From the NCBI RefSeq assembly GCF_001194135.2, contig NC_068983.1:124435664-124499663 (forward strand): a stretch of DNA of 64,000 nt, read 5' to 3'. The notes beneath the pieces were generated by a model that saw nothing but the letters and a program-made list of their open reading frames with translations, was not told the DNA's origin and searched no databases. Source of the DNA: Octopus bimaculoides. Lineage: Eukaryota. The stretch's first letter is position 1; the number at the start of each line of letters is the position of its first letter. The position numbers and the translations under genes are program-made. Of this stretch, positions 1 through 14,192 are shown piece by piece.

Positions 1-70
1 CATAATAAAACAACGGCTATCTAGTCCAACGAAAATGCTTTTTCTTGTATCTGTTGCTCCATTCTCCAAG

Positions 71-114
<44 letters not shown>

Positions 115-1139
115 GTATAAATTCACACATACACGTATATGTATGCGTACGTAAACAGAGATCGTTTGAGAATCGCATTAACTAACGTATGAAACCTGAG
201 TTATGTATAGTTCCACAAATATAGAATAAACAGGCATATTATATATGCATACATATGCATACTATCATACATACGTTTAGTTACATATTTAGGAGTTGGT
301 TATAGATTTACTTATTGAATTTATCTACCGATACTGTTGTACATATGGTAAATATGTTTGAAAGTTGTGGTTACTTTGGTATGTTTATTCCCAAGCAACA
401 CTTATTTTAGTGCTGTTGACACCGCCAGATTGAATGGTACTGCCCAGGTTTCGAAACCATAATGATATCTGTGGGTTAGCTGATGATAGAAGTATGTTGG
501 ATTGTTGGTATGGCTGTTTTTGTATATCCTTTTGATATATATATATGCACACGAATACACATGCTCTTACACACAAACATTCGGGGTCTATGATTATTCA
601 TCTACCCCACCGGTGTTAGGGAATTTCTTATTATCTTCTTCTTACATACTTAGTATAATCGCTACAAAAAAAAAAAAAACCTCAATAAAAAAAGCTGGAA
701 GATAATATGGTATAATACCTCATATAGTATAATCGTATCCACAAACATAATAAAGAACTTTCTCTTACTATCAGGTACACAATTTTCCCTTCACATATAT
801 ATCAGAAAATATTTAACCGAAATTCCGCAAAACACAACGTTTGTTAGACAACATAGTCTCACAAATCTCCAACCACAATCAAAGCCACGGCAATATTACA
901 TACTCGCCCCATCCTGACTACAACCATAAAAATTTCTGTCAAAAAGCAAAATCTCTATAGATGATGCAGTCATGTCTCGGTTTAAAAGGAAACACTTTCA
1001 AAAAGGCTGATATATGTAGCTTATCCACTCATATTCGTGCATGAGAAAAAACAAAATAACGTTGATAAGTCCCAAGGCACTTTTACATCAGAGTTACTGA
1101 GAGTGAACGCTCAGTCAACAAGTGAAAGGTTATATGTAA

Positions 1140-1856
1140 TTTCAAGCTCACTTAATGTTGGTCCATGGGTACTCTGGAGTCAGTGGTTTTGACCTAAAAT
1201 TAGGTTGTTGAAAGACAAGGCTACGATGTACCATGTCATGGTCTATCAGAAGGGTCTTTCGACTGTGATATTATGAATTCTGCTAGCGTGGTCGTCCAAC
1301 ACTCGACCCCAAACACTTTTGTTGAGTCTCGTTCACTAAAGTACGATTTGGGACAAGGAATAATCCTTGCTAAATTGATATGTTGTCCGCGGTTGAGATA
1401 TGTATACTTGGTTTCAGGTTATTTATAGATCAAACCACAAAAGGAAGGTTGAAATCACGCACCATTAATATGTTCCCAGAGATGATTTGTTGAATGGAAA
1501 GTTCCGTTTATTGGAAGCACTCTTAGATGCAGTGTAGGAATGGTTGAAGCTATCTGTACATAACCAATTATGAAGTTGTACAGAATAGATACGAGTTATT
1601 ACAATTATAAATCATAGGATTTTTTATATATGGACACAGATTTGTAATAACTATATGAAAATACGTCTTTTGCATCAACTACAAGGGAATTGTAAAGGTA
1701 AATAGCAACAGCTCCTTTTCTGTGGTCTGCGCAATCCCCGCCAATGTTGGTAAAATCTCTAAGGTTTACGTCAGTGTCAGTGCGGCAGTTGTTGAGGAGG
1801 ATCTCAGATGAAGAAAGGGATTGAGTTTGGTTGCTCGGCAATCCAGGCCTTAGTAC
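1140..1856 (-). mobile_element. Degenerate LINE (CR1/L2-like) APE endonuclease remnant
   Basis: Minus-strand translation gives EILLNNCRTDTDVNLRDFTNIGGDCADHRKGAVAIYL (1605-1841 ORF), then NILMVRDFNLPF (GDFN-like, ~1445-1475) and KTLLIDHDMV (SDH-like, ~1230-1258), in APE domain order with stops and frameshifts. Confidence 0.7.
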
Positions 1857-2020
1857 CTACATACATACATCCGCACGTACATACATACACACATATAAAT
1901 ATAAAAATAGGCACATTCATGTATTCACACACACACACATGTCTATACACATATATATAGACAGGGAAATAGGTGACCCATAAATTCAATTTTATAATTA
2001 TAAACGTGAGTATGTATATG

Positions 2021-2053
<33 letters not shown>

Positions 2054-2076
2054 GTATGTATGTGTGTGATTATAAA

Positions 2077-2122
<46 letters not shown>

Positions 2123-2512
2123 NNNNNNNNNNNNNNNNNNNNNNNNNNNNNNNNNNNNNNNNNNNNNNNNNNNNNNNNNNNNNNNNNNNNNNNNNNNNNN
2201 NNNNNNNNNNNNNNNNNNNNNNNNNNNNNNNNNNNNNNNNNNNNNNNNNNNNNNNNNNNNNNNNNNNNNNNNNNNNNNNNNNNNNNNNNNNNNNNNNNNN
2301 NNNNNNNNNNNNNNNNNNNNNNNNNNNNNNNNNNNNNNNNNNNNNNNNNNNNNNNNNNNNNNNNNNNNNNNNNNNNNNNNNNNNNNNNNNNNNNNNNNNN
2401 NNNNNNNNNNNNNNNNNNNNNNNNNNNNNNNNNNNNNNNNNNNNNNNNNNNNNNNNNNNNNNNNNNNNNNNNNNNNNNNNNNNNNNNNNNNNNNNNNNNN
2501 NNNNNNNNNNNN

Positions 2513-2569
<57 letters not shown>

Positions 2570-2589
2570 GCACACACACACACACATGG

Positions 2590-2621
<32 letters not shown>

Positions 2622-3100
2622 TTACCTAAACATACATATATATGTGCACCTATGTCTATATTAATTCTTTTATATATCTCTATATATGTGTGCGTATATA
2701 TATGTGTATATACATACATGCGCGCGCGCGCGTCTGTTTGTGTGTGTGTGCCTGAATATTGCCGGTCAATTAGAGAGACGGCATTTTCTCTGTTAAGTGT
2801 TTAGGAAATGTTAAACCATTCTGCTTCTCCCTTCTCAATATATTTCCTACGTATTGTATTGCAATATTTTGTTTCCACTTCAATTCTAATTTAATTTACC
2901 TACCAGTATTTTTTAAAATTGACTTCTAGGTATAGAAAATCTAATTACTTCATACTGATCAAAATATTGACATATTCTCCAGTTTCTGTTTTCTCACTAA
3001 CGAGATTCATACAATTCTTATACATTCATCGTCGTCGAATATTTGATCTTGATAATTCAACATTAATATATTTTCATACCATATACAAACATATGCACAT

Positions 3101-3155
<55 letters not shown>

Positions 3156-5390
3156 GTTTTCTCTTACATCAAATTATATATAAAAACAAGTTACCATTAA
3201 ATTGAATGATGATTCAATTCTTTTTAGCGGATACACATTTATTTATCTTTACAAGGAAAAGTTCGATCGTGACCTTAAAGTTTCGGCTTCCCAGCTGTAA
3301 TCTGATTGTGGTTTACGCTGATCTTTCTGACTTGATATTCACTTTGGTAGAGTATTTATTTGGCAGGTGGAGTAATGTGTTAGCTGTAGGTGTGGTGCTG
3401 AGAGATAGGAAAGGTGAATGTGTTGGAAGGGGCATGAGAACAGCGAGAAAGTATATATCGGGCGTAGGTTGAGAGAAATGGATAGTGAAAACAGGCTTTC
3501 TGGATTGATAGAGGAAGTTTATTATTGTTTAAGGTACAGTCAATCGCATAAGTAAAGGGCAGAAGAGATGTCCTATATCCAGGCCAGAAGCTATTTTCAG
3601 GTTCATAAAAATATATTAATAGATAACAGTAGTTTAATTTGTTTCAAATCGTAGGTCAGAAGGAAGTCGAAATTAGTGTAGTGTTTGTTGCTTTCTGTTA
3701 AGAAAGGGTATCTTTCAAAATGTTTGATAGAAAAGATTATGTTATGATAAAATAATTATTGAAGTGTACTTATATGTTTCCGGCGTAATTATATAAGTAT
3801 AGACACATGCGTGCATGGAACTGCGTATCGTTACTTGTATATCGAAACAAATGCCTAATAAATGATGCATTTTCCGTATGTGTCTATATATATATATATG
3901 TATATATNNNNNNNNNNNNNNNNNNNNNNNNNNNNNNNNNNNNNNNNNNNNNNNNNNNNNNNNNNNNNNNNNNNNNNNNNNNNNNNNNTATATATATATA
4001 TATGTTTACGTACATATGCATATATATTCATAAATGTACAAACATATAGGCACCCATTCGCTCACACATACACACACACACCTCCACATCCACAAACACA
4101 CACTCACACATATATGTATAATTCACGTTTTCAGTCGAAATAATAACTGATTAAGCATAAAGAGAAAACTATAAGAATTGCAAATTTAAATTTGTTGTAT
4201 TGTACGTATATAGATTGTTTGTTTTTCAATAGCAGACTTGTTGTGATAGCATACTTCCATTACATTAGATTATACAAACCAATGATTTTAAAGTTGTGTA
4301 TAATTATCATAGGAGATTAGTAAGATCTCCATTATTGTAATGAAATACAACTTTCCGTTATTCAAATACGAGGTCAACACCTTTTTATAACTTAAATATA
4401 ATTAGGATAAAAGATATGAGATAAAAATACAATAGCCGAATAAATATAGATACTTGTTCGTTCTAGTGTTCAGTTTAGCAAAATTCAGATGTTTCTTTAT
4501 TGGGAAACACATCTTTTCCACAGGGAACTGTGAAAGAATAATCAAAGTTCATAATCTTGAAACAAAGATGCGAAGAATAGAAATAGCTGTTAAAATTTAG
4601 GGCTACATAGTAGGATAACAGAACACAATTAACCAGATGCTATTTTGTTTACGAAAACAGACTGAAATTCACCCTTGTCAGAGACAGCTGTCCTCTCAAA
4701 CAAAAGTGTTTAAATTACATACATATACAAACACACAAATATATATATTAAATACATTGTGAAGATAAAATTGATTGGGACATTAAGATATGTGTATCAG
4801 ATTGTAGTAGTTTGAGGTCTGTAGCTAAAATAGTTGAATGATCTATCTTGCAGAAAGTTTTATAGAGTAATTTCCCTTTAATAAGTTTCTCGAAACATCT
4901 ATGACATGAGAAGTAATTCTTAATTATTCAAGAAGCTTCGCGTTTCTCTTGGAAGTTTCTAGAATGTCTAGCGTTCCGTTAATAAAAACAGTTTGCTTGC
5001 CCTGCTCTTTGCTTCTTAGTCGATTAGACTCAGAGCCATTCACGTCATTGCTATGCCTGTTTATTTCTCTATGCCACATGACTGAAAACCACTACTTAGC
5101 TGTTACTTCAACATTTCTGAATTCTCTTGCATAGATTACTTTATTCAACTAGATTCTACATCTTGATTATGTTTCATCGACAACCAATGAATAAAAAATA
5201 TCTTTATGTAGTAAATATATTGTTCTTAAATTTATTCTTCTTCTTTGTAAGAATGTTTCTAATAATATACACGCAGCCATTTCAATACTTGATGCTGTAC
5301 ATATATTCTCACTACAAGCATATTTATCGGTTGAATGATTTGTTAGGCAAACATGATCGTCACTATAAATTTGACTCTACTCACAATATA

Positions 5391-6637
5391 TTAGGTTGTT
5401 TCACATGAAATGTATTTGAAAGGTAGCAATAAAATGTTTCAGATGTGTTAGAGAACTGATTTACTTAATCAAAGCATTATCCATGTTCATTTATGATATT
5501 TACCCAACGTTTCTCGATGTCATATATTTCATCTTTGAAAAATGTTCATCTTTTGCTGTGATAAACTGTCCAAATCCTTCAATTATCTTTTCCCTATTTA
5601 AAAATGTTTTATTACATATGAAAAGCTCAAAATGCTTAAATAAGTGATGATCAGGAGAGATATCAGGAGAGTAGGAAGTATGTTGCAAAATCTCATAATT
5701 CAGGCTTTGCAACTGTTGGACCGTAGCTTGTGGAGTGCGAGGAGGTGCGTTGTCGTGGAGCAAAACTAGGCCATCTCTATTTACTAGTCTAGGTTGCTTC
5801 CTTTTCAAATTCTCATGCATGCAGTCAATTTCCTGGCAATACAATGTTGCTGTTACCGTTTTACCTTGTTGCAAAAATGAATAATGAATAACTCCCTCTC
5901 TTCGCAGACCACCATACAGTGACCACTAACATCTTAGGGTGCAATGGTGGGTTTGAGTAGTGTTTAGGTGACTATCCTGCATCTAATCACCGTCCTGTTC
6001 TCCTGCTGTTGTCAAAGAATATCCATTTCTCCTCACAAGTAATGATTTGATGCAAAAATTATCTTTTTCCAGTCGAGAAAGCAATAAGGAACACTCTTCG
6101 AAGCGACTGTTTTTTGAATCTCGTTTACTTGATGTGGAACAAACCTATATGTTTTCTTGATCTTTCCAATTTTTTACAGGTGACCAAAAACAGTTGTGCG
6201 CGATGTTTGGAGTTCTGATGAAAGTTTTCGAACCTTTCTTCTCGGATTTTGTTCAACCAAAGCATTTAATCCATCATGCCGAGTAACTGATTTTGGCCTA
6301 TCTCTTGGTTTATTTCAAGGCTATCATCTCCTGAGCGAGAGCTTTGGAACCATCTCTGAACACTTCCGATGCCAACAAAACCATTACCAAAGGCCTGTTT
6401 GATATTCCGTAGAGCTTCTGCGACAGAGTGACCCAGTTTGTACTCACATGAGAAAATCACTCAACATAGTTTGGTTGTTATCCTTTTCGTAAGGTTTGTG
6501 GGTGTGAATTTTGTACACCAATATTGTTGGGAAAGGAAAAGAGTCAAGATTAAATGCAAGGTATACATAATAGGAGTTTTTAAATGACTGAAATAGCAAG
6601 TAATTAAAAATGCGTCATTTCATGTGAAAAAACCTAA
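5391..6637 (-). mobile_element. Near-full-length mariner (DD34D-type) transposon, transposase pseudogene
   Basis: 22-bp TIRs TTAGGTTGTTTCACATGAAATG (5391-5412) and CATTTCATGTGAAAAAACCTAA (6616-6637), TA on both sides, 1247 bp. HTH-like EYKLGHSVAEALRNIKQAFG...VQRWF (6266-6460), LHPKMLVVTVWW, LLHDNAP...YSPDISP (5500-5874). Multiple frameshifts and stops. Confidence 0.95.
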
Positions 6638-6696
6638 TAGGATAACTTCATCAGCAAATATTCCGTTCTTAATCTTAAACTTGTTTTTAAGTAATT

Positions 6697-6810
6697 GTTT
6701 CAAATTTTGGCACAAAACCAGTAATTTCAGGCGTGGGGTAAGTCGATTACATTAAGCCCAATTTTCAACTGATAAACTTATTTTATCGATCCTGAAAAGA
6801 TAAAAATGTC
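6697..6810 (-). mobile_element. SINE family A, 3' part (runs into gap)
   Basis: Matches the body and tail of the copies at 13996-14192 and 16983-17198 (TTTCAAATTTTGGCACAA...GTCGATTACA...TTTATCGATCCTGAAA). Confidence 0.75.
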
Positions 6811-7333
6811 NNNNNNNNNNNNNNNNNNNNNNNNNNNNNNNNNNNNNNNNNNNNNNNNNNNNNNNNNNNNNNNNNNNNNNNNNNNNNNNNNNNNNNNNNN
6901 NNNNNNNNNNNNNNNNNNNNNNNNNNNNNNNNNNNNNNNNNNNNNNNNNNNNNNNNNNNNNNNNNNNNNNNNNNNNNNNNNNNNNNNNNNNNNNNNNNNN
7001 NNNNNNNNNNNNNNNNNNNNNNNNNNNNNNNNNNNNNNNNNNNNNNNNNNNNNNNNNNNNNNNNNNNNNNNNNNNNNNNNNNNNNNNNNNNNNNNNNNNN
7101 NNNNNNNNNNNNNNNNNNNNNNNNNNNNNNNNNNNNNNNNNNNNNNNNNNNNNNNNNNNNNNNNNNNNNNNNNNNNNNNNNNNNNNNNNNNNNNNNNNNN
7201 NNNNNNNNNNNNNNNNNNNNNNNNNNNNNNNNNNNNNNNNNNNNNNNNNNNNNNNNNNNNNNNNNNNNNNNNNNNNNNNNNNNNNNNNNNNNNNNNNNNN
7301 NNNNNNNNNNNNNNNNNNNNNNNNNNNNNNNNN

Positions 7334-7373
<40 letters not shown>

Positions 7374-7671
7374 GTTCAAGGTTGAAGTGAGTCAGGTATC
7401 TAAATAATAAAGCACCAAGTTCGGGTCAACAAGATAACAATCGTGTACAAAGCAAAATTAGAAGAACAGAAATGTACGCACATACCGAAGTACAGATGGA
7501 TTAATATTCCAGTTGCATATATGATCACAAGCGCCCGACTGAATAATGTACGAGTCTTAGAGCTTTACACTGCGCCAATTGTGCTGCGCTGAAAGGACTC
7601 CAGATACACGCTAATTGCAGGTTTAGAGTAAGGTGAATAATAAACAGATAACAACAGATGAAAATTGGCTC

Positions 7672-7760
7672 ATTCACTACAGGTGTTTCAAATGAGTTTT
7701 TTAAAATTCATGAATAAAGTTATGACCTCATACGAATACAACCGTTTTCATCAGGTGAAT
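7672..7760 (-). ncRNA. Type-I hammerhead ribozyme-like motif with long helix II insertion
   Basis: Minus strand: ATTCAC-CTGATGA-AAACGGTT..(~40 nt)..AACTCATTT-GAA-ACA-CC-TGT-A-GTGAAT. 6-bp helix I, GUA triplet, imperfect A-U-closed helix II. Confidence 0.6.
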
Positions 7761-7869
7761 ATACACGAATTAAACATTAAAAAAAAATCATTCCACGAAT
7801 CAACATTATGTGCCACTTTATGATTCCTGGCTAGCTTCAGCCACAGAATGATTCGCTTACCCTAGTTAG

Positions 7870-8390
7870 TAGTTTATACAAAAACATCATTAGGGTGACA
7901 AGGGCTTGGAGGGAGGTAGGGAAGAAGTTGTAGTGGGAGTAAGAATCCCAAATAGGGGAATAAAATCAGATATCCTGCTCTAACTTCAAAAGATAAGGTT
8001 ATTTTCTTTTCTTTTTAATCTTTAATTCACTGGACTGCAAAGTCGAAGTAAAAAAAAAAACAAAAAAAAAACAATATTAAAAGATAAAGAGGGAGGTAAA
8101 AAATATTTGATATAGTAGGAGGAGGAATGCAGAAGAATGGATGAGAATTTGAGATTTTGTCCGAACTTTATTTTATTTTTATTCTTTAAATAACTGGACA
8201 ACAGAGTTCCGGATATAAAGAACATTAAACGATAATGCAGTAGGTTGAAAGGATTTTTTTAATATAGTGGGTGGAAAAATACATATTAGGAGATGAGAAT
8301 TTGATATCTTATTCCAACTCAAAGAAAATAGAAGTTATTTTATTTTAATTCTTTTTTAGTCTTTAAATAGCTGGTCTACAGAAAAAAGAA
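7870..8390. repeat. Diverged ~165-175 bp tandem repeat (about 3 units) running into a gap
   Basis: Recurrent TTATTTT..TCTTTAA(A/T)T..CTGG(A/T)C ending near 8036, 8199 and 8376, and GATGAGAATTTGA near 8140 and 8292. Confidence 0.55.
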
Positions 8391-8930
8391 NNNNNNNNNN
8401 NNNNNNNNNNNNNNNNNNNNNNNNNNNNNNNNNNNNNNNNNNNNNNNNNNNNNNNNNNNNNNNNNNNNNNNNNNNNNNNNNNNNNNNNNNNNNNNNNNNN
8501 NNNNNNNNNNNNNNNNNNNNNNNNNNNNNNNNNNNNNNNNNNNNNNNNNNNNNNNNNNNNNNNNNNNNNNNNNNNNNNNNNNNNNNNNNNNNNNNNNNNN
8601 NNNNNNNNNNNNNNNNNNNNNNNNNNNNNNNNNNNNNNNNNNNNNNNNNNNNNNNNNNNNNNNNNNNNNNNNNNNNNNNNNNNNNNNNNNNNNNNNNNNN
8701 NNNNNNNNNNNNNNNNNNNNNNNNNNNNNNNNNNNNNNNNNNNNNNNNNNNNNNNNNNNNNNNNNNNNNNNNNNNNNNNNNNNNNNNNNNNNNNNNNNNN
8801 NNNNNNNNNNNNNNNNNNNNNNNNNNNNNNNNNNNNNNNNNNNNNNNNNNNNNNNNNNNNNNNNNNNNNNNNNNNNNNNNNNNNNNNNNNNNNNNNNNNN
8901 NNNNNNNNNNNNNNNNNNNNNNNNNNNNNN

Positions 8931-8981
<51 letters not shown>

Positions 8982-9861
8982 AGACACAAGATTATATATA
9001 TTTATATGGAAAATATACCTGCGGGCACACATAGATACAAGTAAATAATCAGATATCAGAAGCGTCTATAGCAAGTGCTGATTCAAATAAAATATACTAT
9101 TCATTGCATAACTTAAATAGGAAAAAATGACAAATATGAAATGTATAATATATGAAGAAGGAAGCTATCAGCTATGCACGTATAAAGATAATTATTTATT
9201 TCTTAAACGATAACAGTAGAATATTCACTTATAAGTTTTAAAACATTCACTGTTTTAGGATGAGCCTGGAGAGAAATCAACAGCAGCACTTAAGGGTTAG
9301 CGTTGTGAATACTGAATATAATAAATACGTTTGGCAATACTGTTTTTCAGCTAAATTATGTCCTACAGATGAAACGGGCTAAAGAAAGGGGAAAAGAAGT
9401 CATTAGTGTTTTTATTGAGTGGTTTAGCACATTTAAATGAACTCAACTGTTAAAACTGAAAGCTTTAATATAAGTAGTTTGTGAAGATGTTATAAAATAC
9501 AGAAGTGTTTCTTACAAGGAGAAAATGTATTGGAAGAGGTGTGGAATATTTAGAGATGAAGAATATTACTTAGAGAGAATTTGAAAAAAAAATGATCTCA
9601 GTTAATGGTTTAAGAGAAAAGAAGAATGATTCCTCGAGAGTTATTGAATATAAATAATATAGTTAGACAGCATAGAAATAAAGATGAGAGAAAGAAAGAA
9701 AGAGACAGAGAGAGAGAGAGAGAGAGAGGAGGGGGCAGAGATAGACAGTGAGCAAATCAAATAGTTTATGATAAATTCAGAAATCGATACAAATCAATAT
9801 TAAAAAAAGTAGTTATATAGAAATAGTCATAAAACATGACAGAATCAGAGATTTTAGGCTT

Positions 9862-10075
<214 letters not shown>

Positions 10076-10453
10076 TTAGATGGAAGTTTCTATATTATAA
10101 GACATAGATGGTGTTAAGAAGTATTTCGCATAGGAATAAATCAGTCAAAATCCTAGAACAAATAGAATATATATTAACTTCCACATCTATGAAATCCACT
10201 GCCAGTGGTGATGCAATGTCCCCTCTATGCAAAATACCATTGATGATAATCTGTAAGGTTCTTGGTGAATTCACGTAATTGTAAAATTGTACAGGTTCAC
10301 ATGTTTTTCCAAACAATTATTATTTTAGAATCTGAGTTTATTAATTCTGGCCTATATCGAATCTTTGTATTATATTCAGAACCCAGCAGAAACAAAGCAA
10401 AAGAACTGGGACTGTTCATTGTCATATTTGAAAACATTATGATAGGCTGGAAA

Positions 10454-11115
10454 TAATCCTTTCTACTTTAACCACAAGGACTGAAATTTAGAAGGCGGTG
10501 GATAGTCTATTATATAGACCCCTGTACTTTACTAATACTTATTTTTATCGATCCCGAAGAAAAGAATGCAAAGTCAATCTCAGAATGTAAAGCATGGCAA
10601 AGTCGATATCAGAACGTAAAACAAGAAGAAATGCCTCTAAACATTTTGTCCGGCGTGCTAATGATTCTTTTCTACTCTAGGCACAATGCCCGAAATTTAT
10701 GGGGAGGGGGCCAGTCGATTAGACCGACTCCACTACGAAACTGGTACTTAGTTTATCGACCCCGAAAGAATGAAAGGCAAAGTCGACCTCGGTGGAATTT
10801 GAACTCAGAACGTAGAGATAGGCGAAATACCGCTAAGCATTTCGCCCGGCGTGCTAACGTTTCTTCCAGCTCGCCGCCTTTATTTATTTCTTTATTGCTC
10901 ACAAGGGGTAAACATAGAGGAGACAAACAAAGACAGACAAAGGGATTAAGTCGATTACATCGACCCCAGTACACAACTGATACTTAGTTAATCGACCCCG
11001 AAAGGATGAAAGGCAAAGTCGACCTCGGCGAAATTTGAACTCAGAAGTAAAGACAGTCGAAATACCGCTAAGTATTTCGCCCGGTGTGCTAACGTTTCTG
11101 CCAGCTCGCCGCCTT
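10454..11115 (-). mobile_element. SINE family A trimer (young dimer 10663-11115 joined to an older monomer 10454-10667)
   Basis: tRNA-like head GGCGGCGAGCTGGCAGAAACGTTAGCAC (A box) and GAGTTCAAATT (B box) on the minus strand, repeated. Units 10881-11115, 10663-10880 and a degenerate head-less unit 10454-10667. Confidence 0.92.
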
Positions 11116-13024
11116 TACATAGGCTGCTTACGCATAAAATATCTGACTGGAATCGCAATGAGAGCGTTTGTGTTCTGACTCCAATTTTAAATTTGAGTAC
11201 CAATCAGAGTGACATTATCTAGGAACATTATCAATCTGATTATGGATTTGAAAATGTAATTCATTTAAATATATCAAATTAGTGAATTATATTTCGCTAT
11301 TTCCATAATTCAATGCCTTTTCTACAGTTTTCCATCATCCATTTGCAGAAGGATTAAATACAAATTAATGTTTTTTTGAAATTATAAACTCTAACAGAAA
11401 TACCTAATATTCTAGTAAGAGACATGTGCACTTCCTGAGTAAATCTATCGTTTCATATTATTTCAAATCAGTCATTTATATTTGTATTTCCAATGACTTT
11501 AAAAGTTTCATAAATATTTTACTTCTGAAATACTTTTATATATTACTATACGAGTGATCAAGCACGGATGCGTAGTTAATAGTACTACATCACAACTTTA
11601 CAATTTCATATTTCATTCTATGCATCAGCGTGACTTATATTTTGTACCATAGCTTTGCGAATGAAATTTATTGTACATACTTTAATTTTCACACGGAACA
11701 ATCCAGGAAAATAAGGTTTGCATTTTTTCAATTCTATCTTTTCGACATAGCTATTCTGTAGTATTTTTAATGCAACAATACGCATGTGGCTTTCAGCTTA
11801 ACTTAATTTCAACTTCTCTAAAAAACAAGAAAAAAAAAAAAACAGTGATAGATGGAAAAGATGAAATCTAACAATTTCTGCCGAAAGTTATAGCGACTTC
11901 AATAATTCACCAAAATCTGTAAAATGCACAAACTACCCACTAATTAGATCGACGATGTTCATTGGTGATGTCATGTGCTACGTCAAAATATTTAGATGAT
12001 AATTTATTGTTAATTTTGTTTGTTTCTGTCAATCTGTTTCTGAAAGATGAAGTGAAAGATGAAAGTGAAAAATTACTAGGAAAAAATAAATATAATTTTT
12101 CGCTTCAGATCTCCAGATTTATTTTTCTCGACCAAAAGAAACAACAGTTTCGTGGCATTTATTTGAAATCTCAGTACAGAGGTATCGATTTTATTAATAA
12201 GCGCACGTATTGATTATATTATTTTAACTGACTGTAGCGTTTTTCCGAAGTGTAAGCGAGTTTTATGCAGATAAAATTGGCCAATTAAACTCTAACCGAA
12301 ATGATAATTTTTCAAAGGCAAAATACACAAAGCAATCAATGTACGAAGGAGAGAAGTAAAGAAAAAAAAATGAATGCTAAGATTAATTTTTTGAAACGAG
12401 TCCAAGTTACTGCCGGATGTTGTTTCAGAATTGAGAGAGAAAAAAAAATAACATCAATGTGTTACAACAAAAACTGCATTTGAGAAAAAGAAGGGGAAGC
12501 AGGAAATTCTGAAACTGGGCTAATTTATGGGATGTTAACGTATTAAATAATTTGCTTTATTAATTGTATTGATACATTTTGAAATATCTTGATAGTCAAT
12601 ATGTGAGAAAGAAAAATGGAATTTAACACCTCATACAGATATTGTGTTATTTCATAAAAATAAAAAAATTGCTTCCTAGTCATTTCTTGTTTCTTTCCGT
12701 AAGCATTATTTTTCTTTCAATAGTTGCCAGCACAAATAATTTTGAGTTAGCTGGAGTGCATTTTTGCAAATTCTATGTGGTTAGAAAAATTAAAGAATTA
12801 TATCGAATTAATTTTAGGATAAATTTTAAACTGATAATATGATTTAAAGATAAAGTGGTAAATAATGTTCTTTTTTTTGCGTTTGTATAAAATATTTTCT
12901 TTGCAGAAATTAAACAAAGCTGTATTTATATATCACATGTGTACTGCAGACTCACCTACAATTGCGTAAACTAACTGCTTCGTGGTGGAACATTGGAGAG
13001 TAACGGCATATATAGCTCTTTATA

Positions 13025-13180
13025 AAGGCGGTGAGCAGGTAGATTCGTTTGCATGAGGAACAAAAAGGTTAACGGCAGTTCAAATTCCGCTGAGGTCGAC
13101 TTTGTCTTTCATCCTTTCGTGCTTGATAGACCGACCCCTCCCTTCAAAATTGCTAGCTTTGTGTCAAAATTAGAAAGAAT
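13025..13180 (+). mobile_element. SINE family A, internally deleted copy
   Basis: AAGGCGGTGAGCAGG head, GTTCAAATTCCGCTGAGGTCGACTTTGTCTTTCATCCTTTCG core, tail TTGTGTCAAAATTAGAAAG. Confidence 0.8.
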
Positions 13181-13995
13181 ATATATATGTGTATGTGTGT
13201 GTGTCTTTTGAAAGCATGAACATTACAAACTCTCTTCCTCTTCTCAAAAGCTTGAAGCCACCATATTCAATAAAAACTAAAGAAACCAATAACTTAAGTA
13301 TGGTAAAATTCCTATTCTAATAGCCTCTTTTGAAATTCTTTTGAAATTTACTATTATAGAGTTTGTTGTTGAGGAATAAGGTATTAGCCTCTAGTCAGTC
13401 TCGCGCCAGGAACATGCCAACACAAGTTACGAACTACATTAATTTCATCTTAAACCACTGTTCATAGAAAGTAGAGCAATCGGCAACTGTATTTGAAGTC
13501 TTACAACATACAATAGTGAATGTAGGGAAAGTGGTACAACGGCCTTTTGGTGGTAGAATAGAAAATAGTACTTGAAAAAGTCTGGAAAAATATGGCGTGG
13601 AGTGTGCGTGCTGGCATCACGATGAGGTAACCAATGTTAAATTAATATGCAGACTGAAATTCACCAATAGGCTTATTAACATCCTCTACTGAACTATCCA
13701 TCGATGTAGCTGTGACAACCCTTTTAAATAGATTTTGAGACGTAAGGTTTCGATTTCCACATCATGAAAACAATATATATCAGTAAAATATACGATATGG
13801 GAAGGATGAAAGTTATAAATAACTGAAATGAGTGAAGTCTGAAAGGTAATGATGTACGTGCCTCCCGTGAAGCCCGCTTGTCTGGAATTACAAGCTTGTT
13901 GACACTAGCAAACTGTTAGCTTGTGGATATGGTCAGTTTTATCTCGAATATATCATCATGTGTTTGTTGTAAATTATTTGTTTCCAGTACAGTAA

Positions 13996-14192
13996 TATTG
14001 GTTTCAAATTTAGGCACAATTACAGCAACTTGGAGGAGGTGACAAGTCGATTAAATGGACTCCAGTGCTCTACCTCGAAAGGATGAAAGGCAAAGTCGAT
14101 CACGGCGAAATTTGAACCCAGAATGTAAAGATAGACGAATGCCGCCAAGTATTTCGTCCGGCGTGCTAACGATTCTGCCTGCTCGCCACCTT
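13996..14192 (-). mobile_element. SINE family A monomer
   Basis: Reverse complement of the family A head, core and GGCACAA..TTTGAAACCAATATT-type tail. Confidence 0.85.

Noticed and set aside
3230-3780. Purine-rich block possibly a LINE RT remnant on the minus strand
   Set aside because: Only vague resemblance (KIASGLD). No ordered RT motifs could be established.
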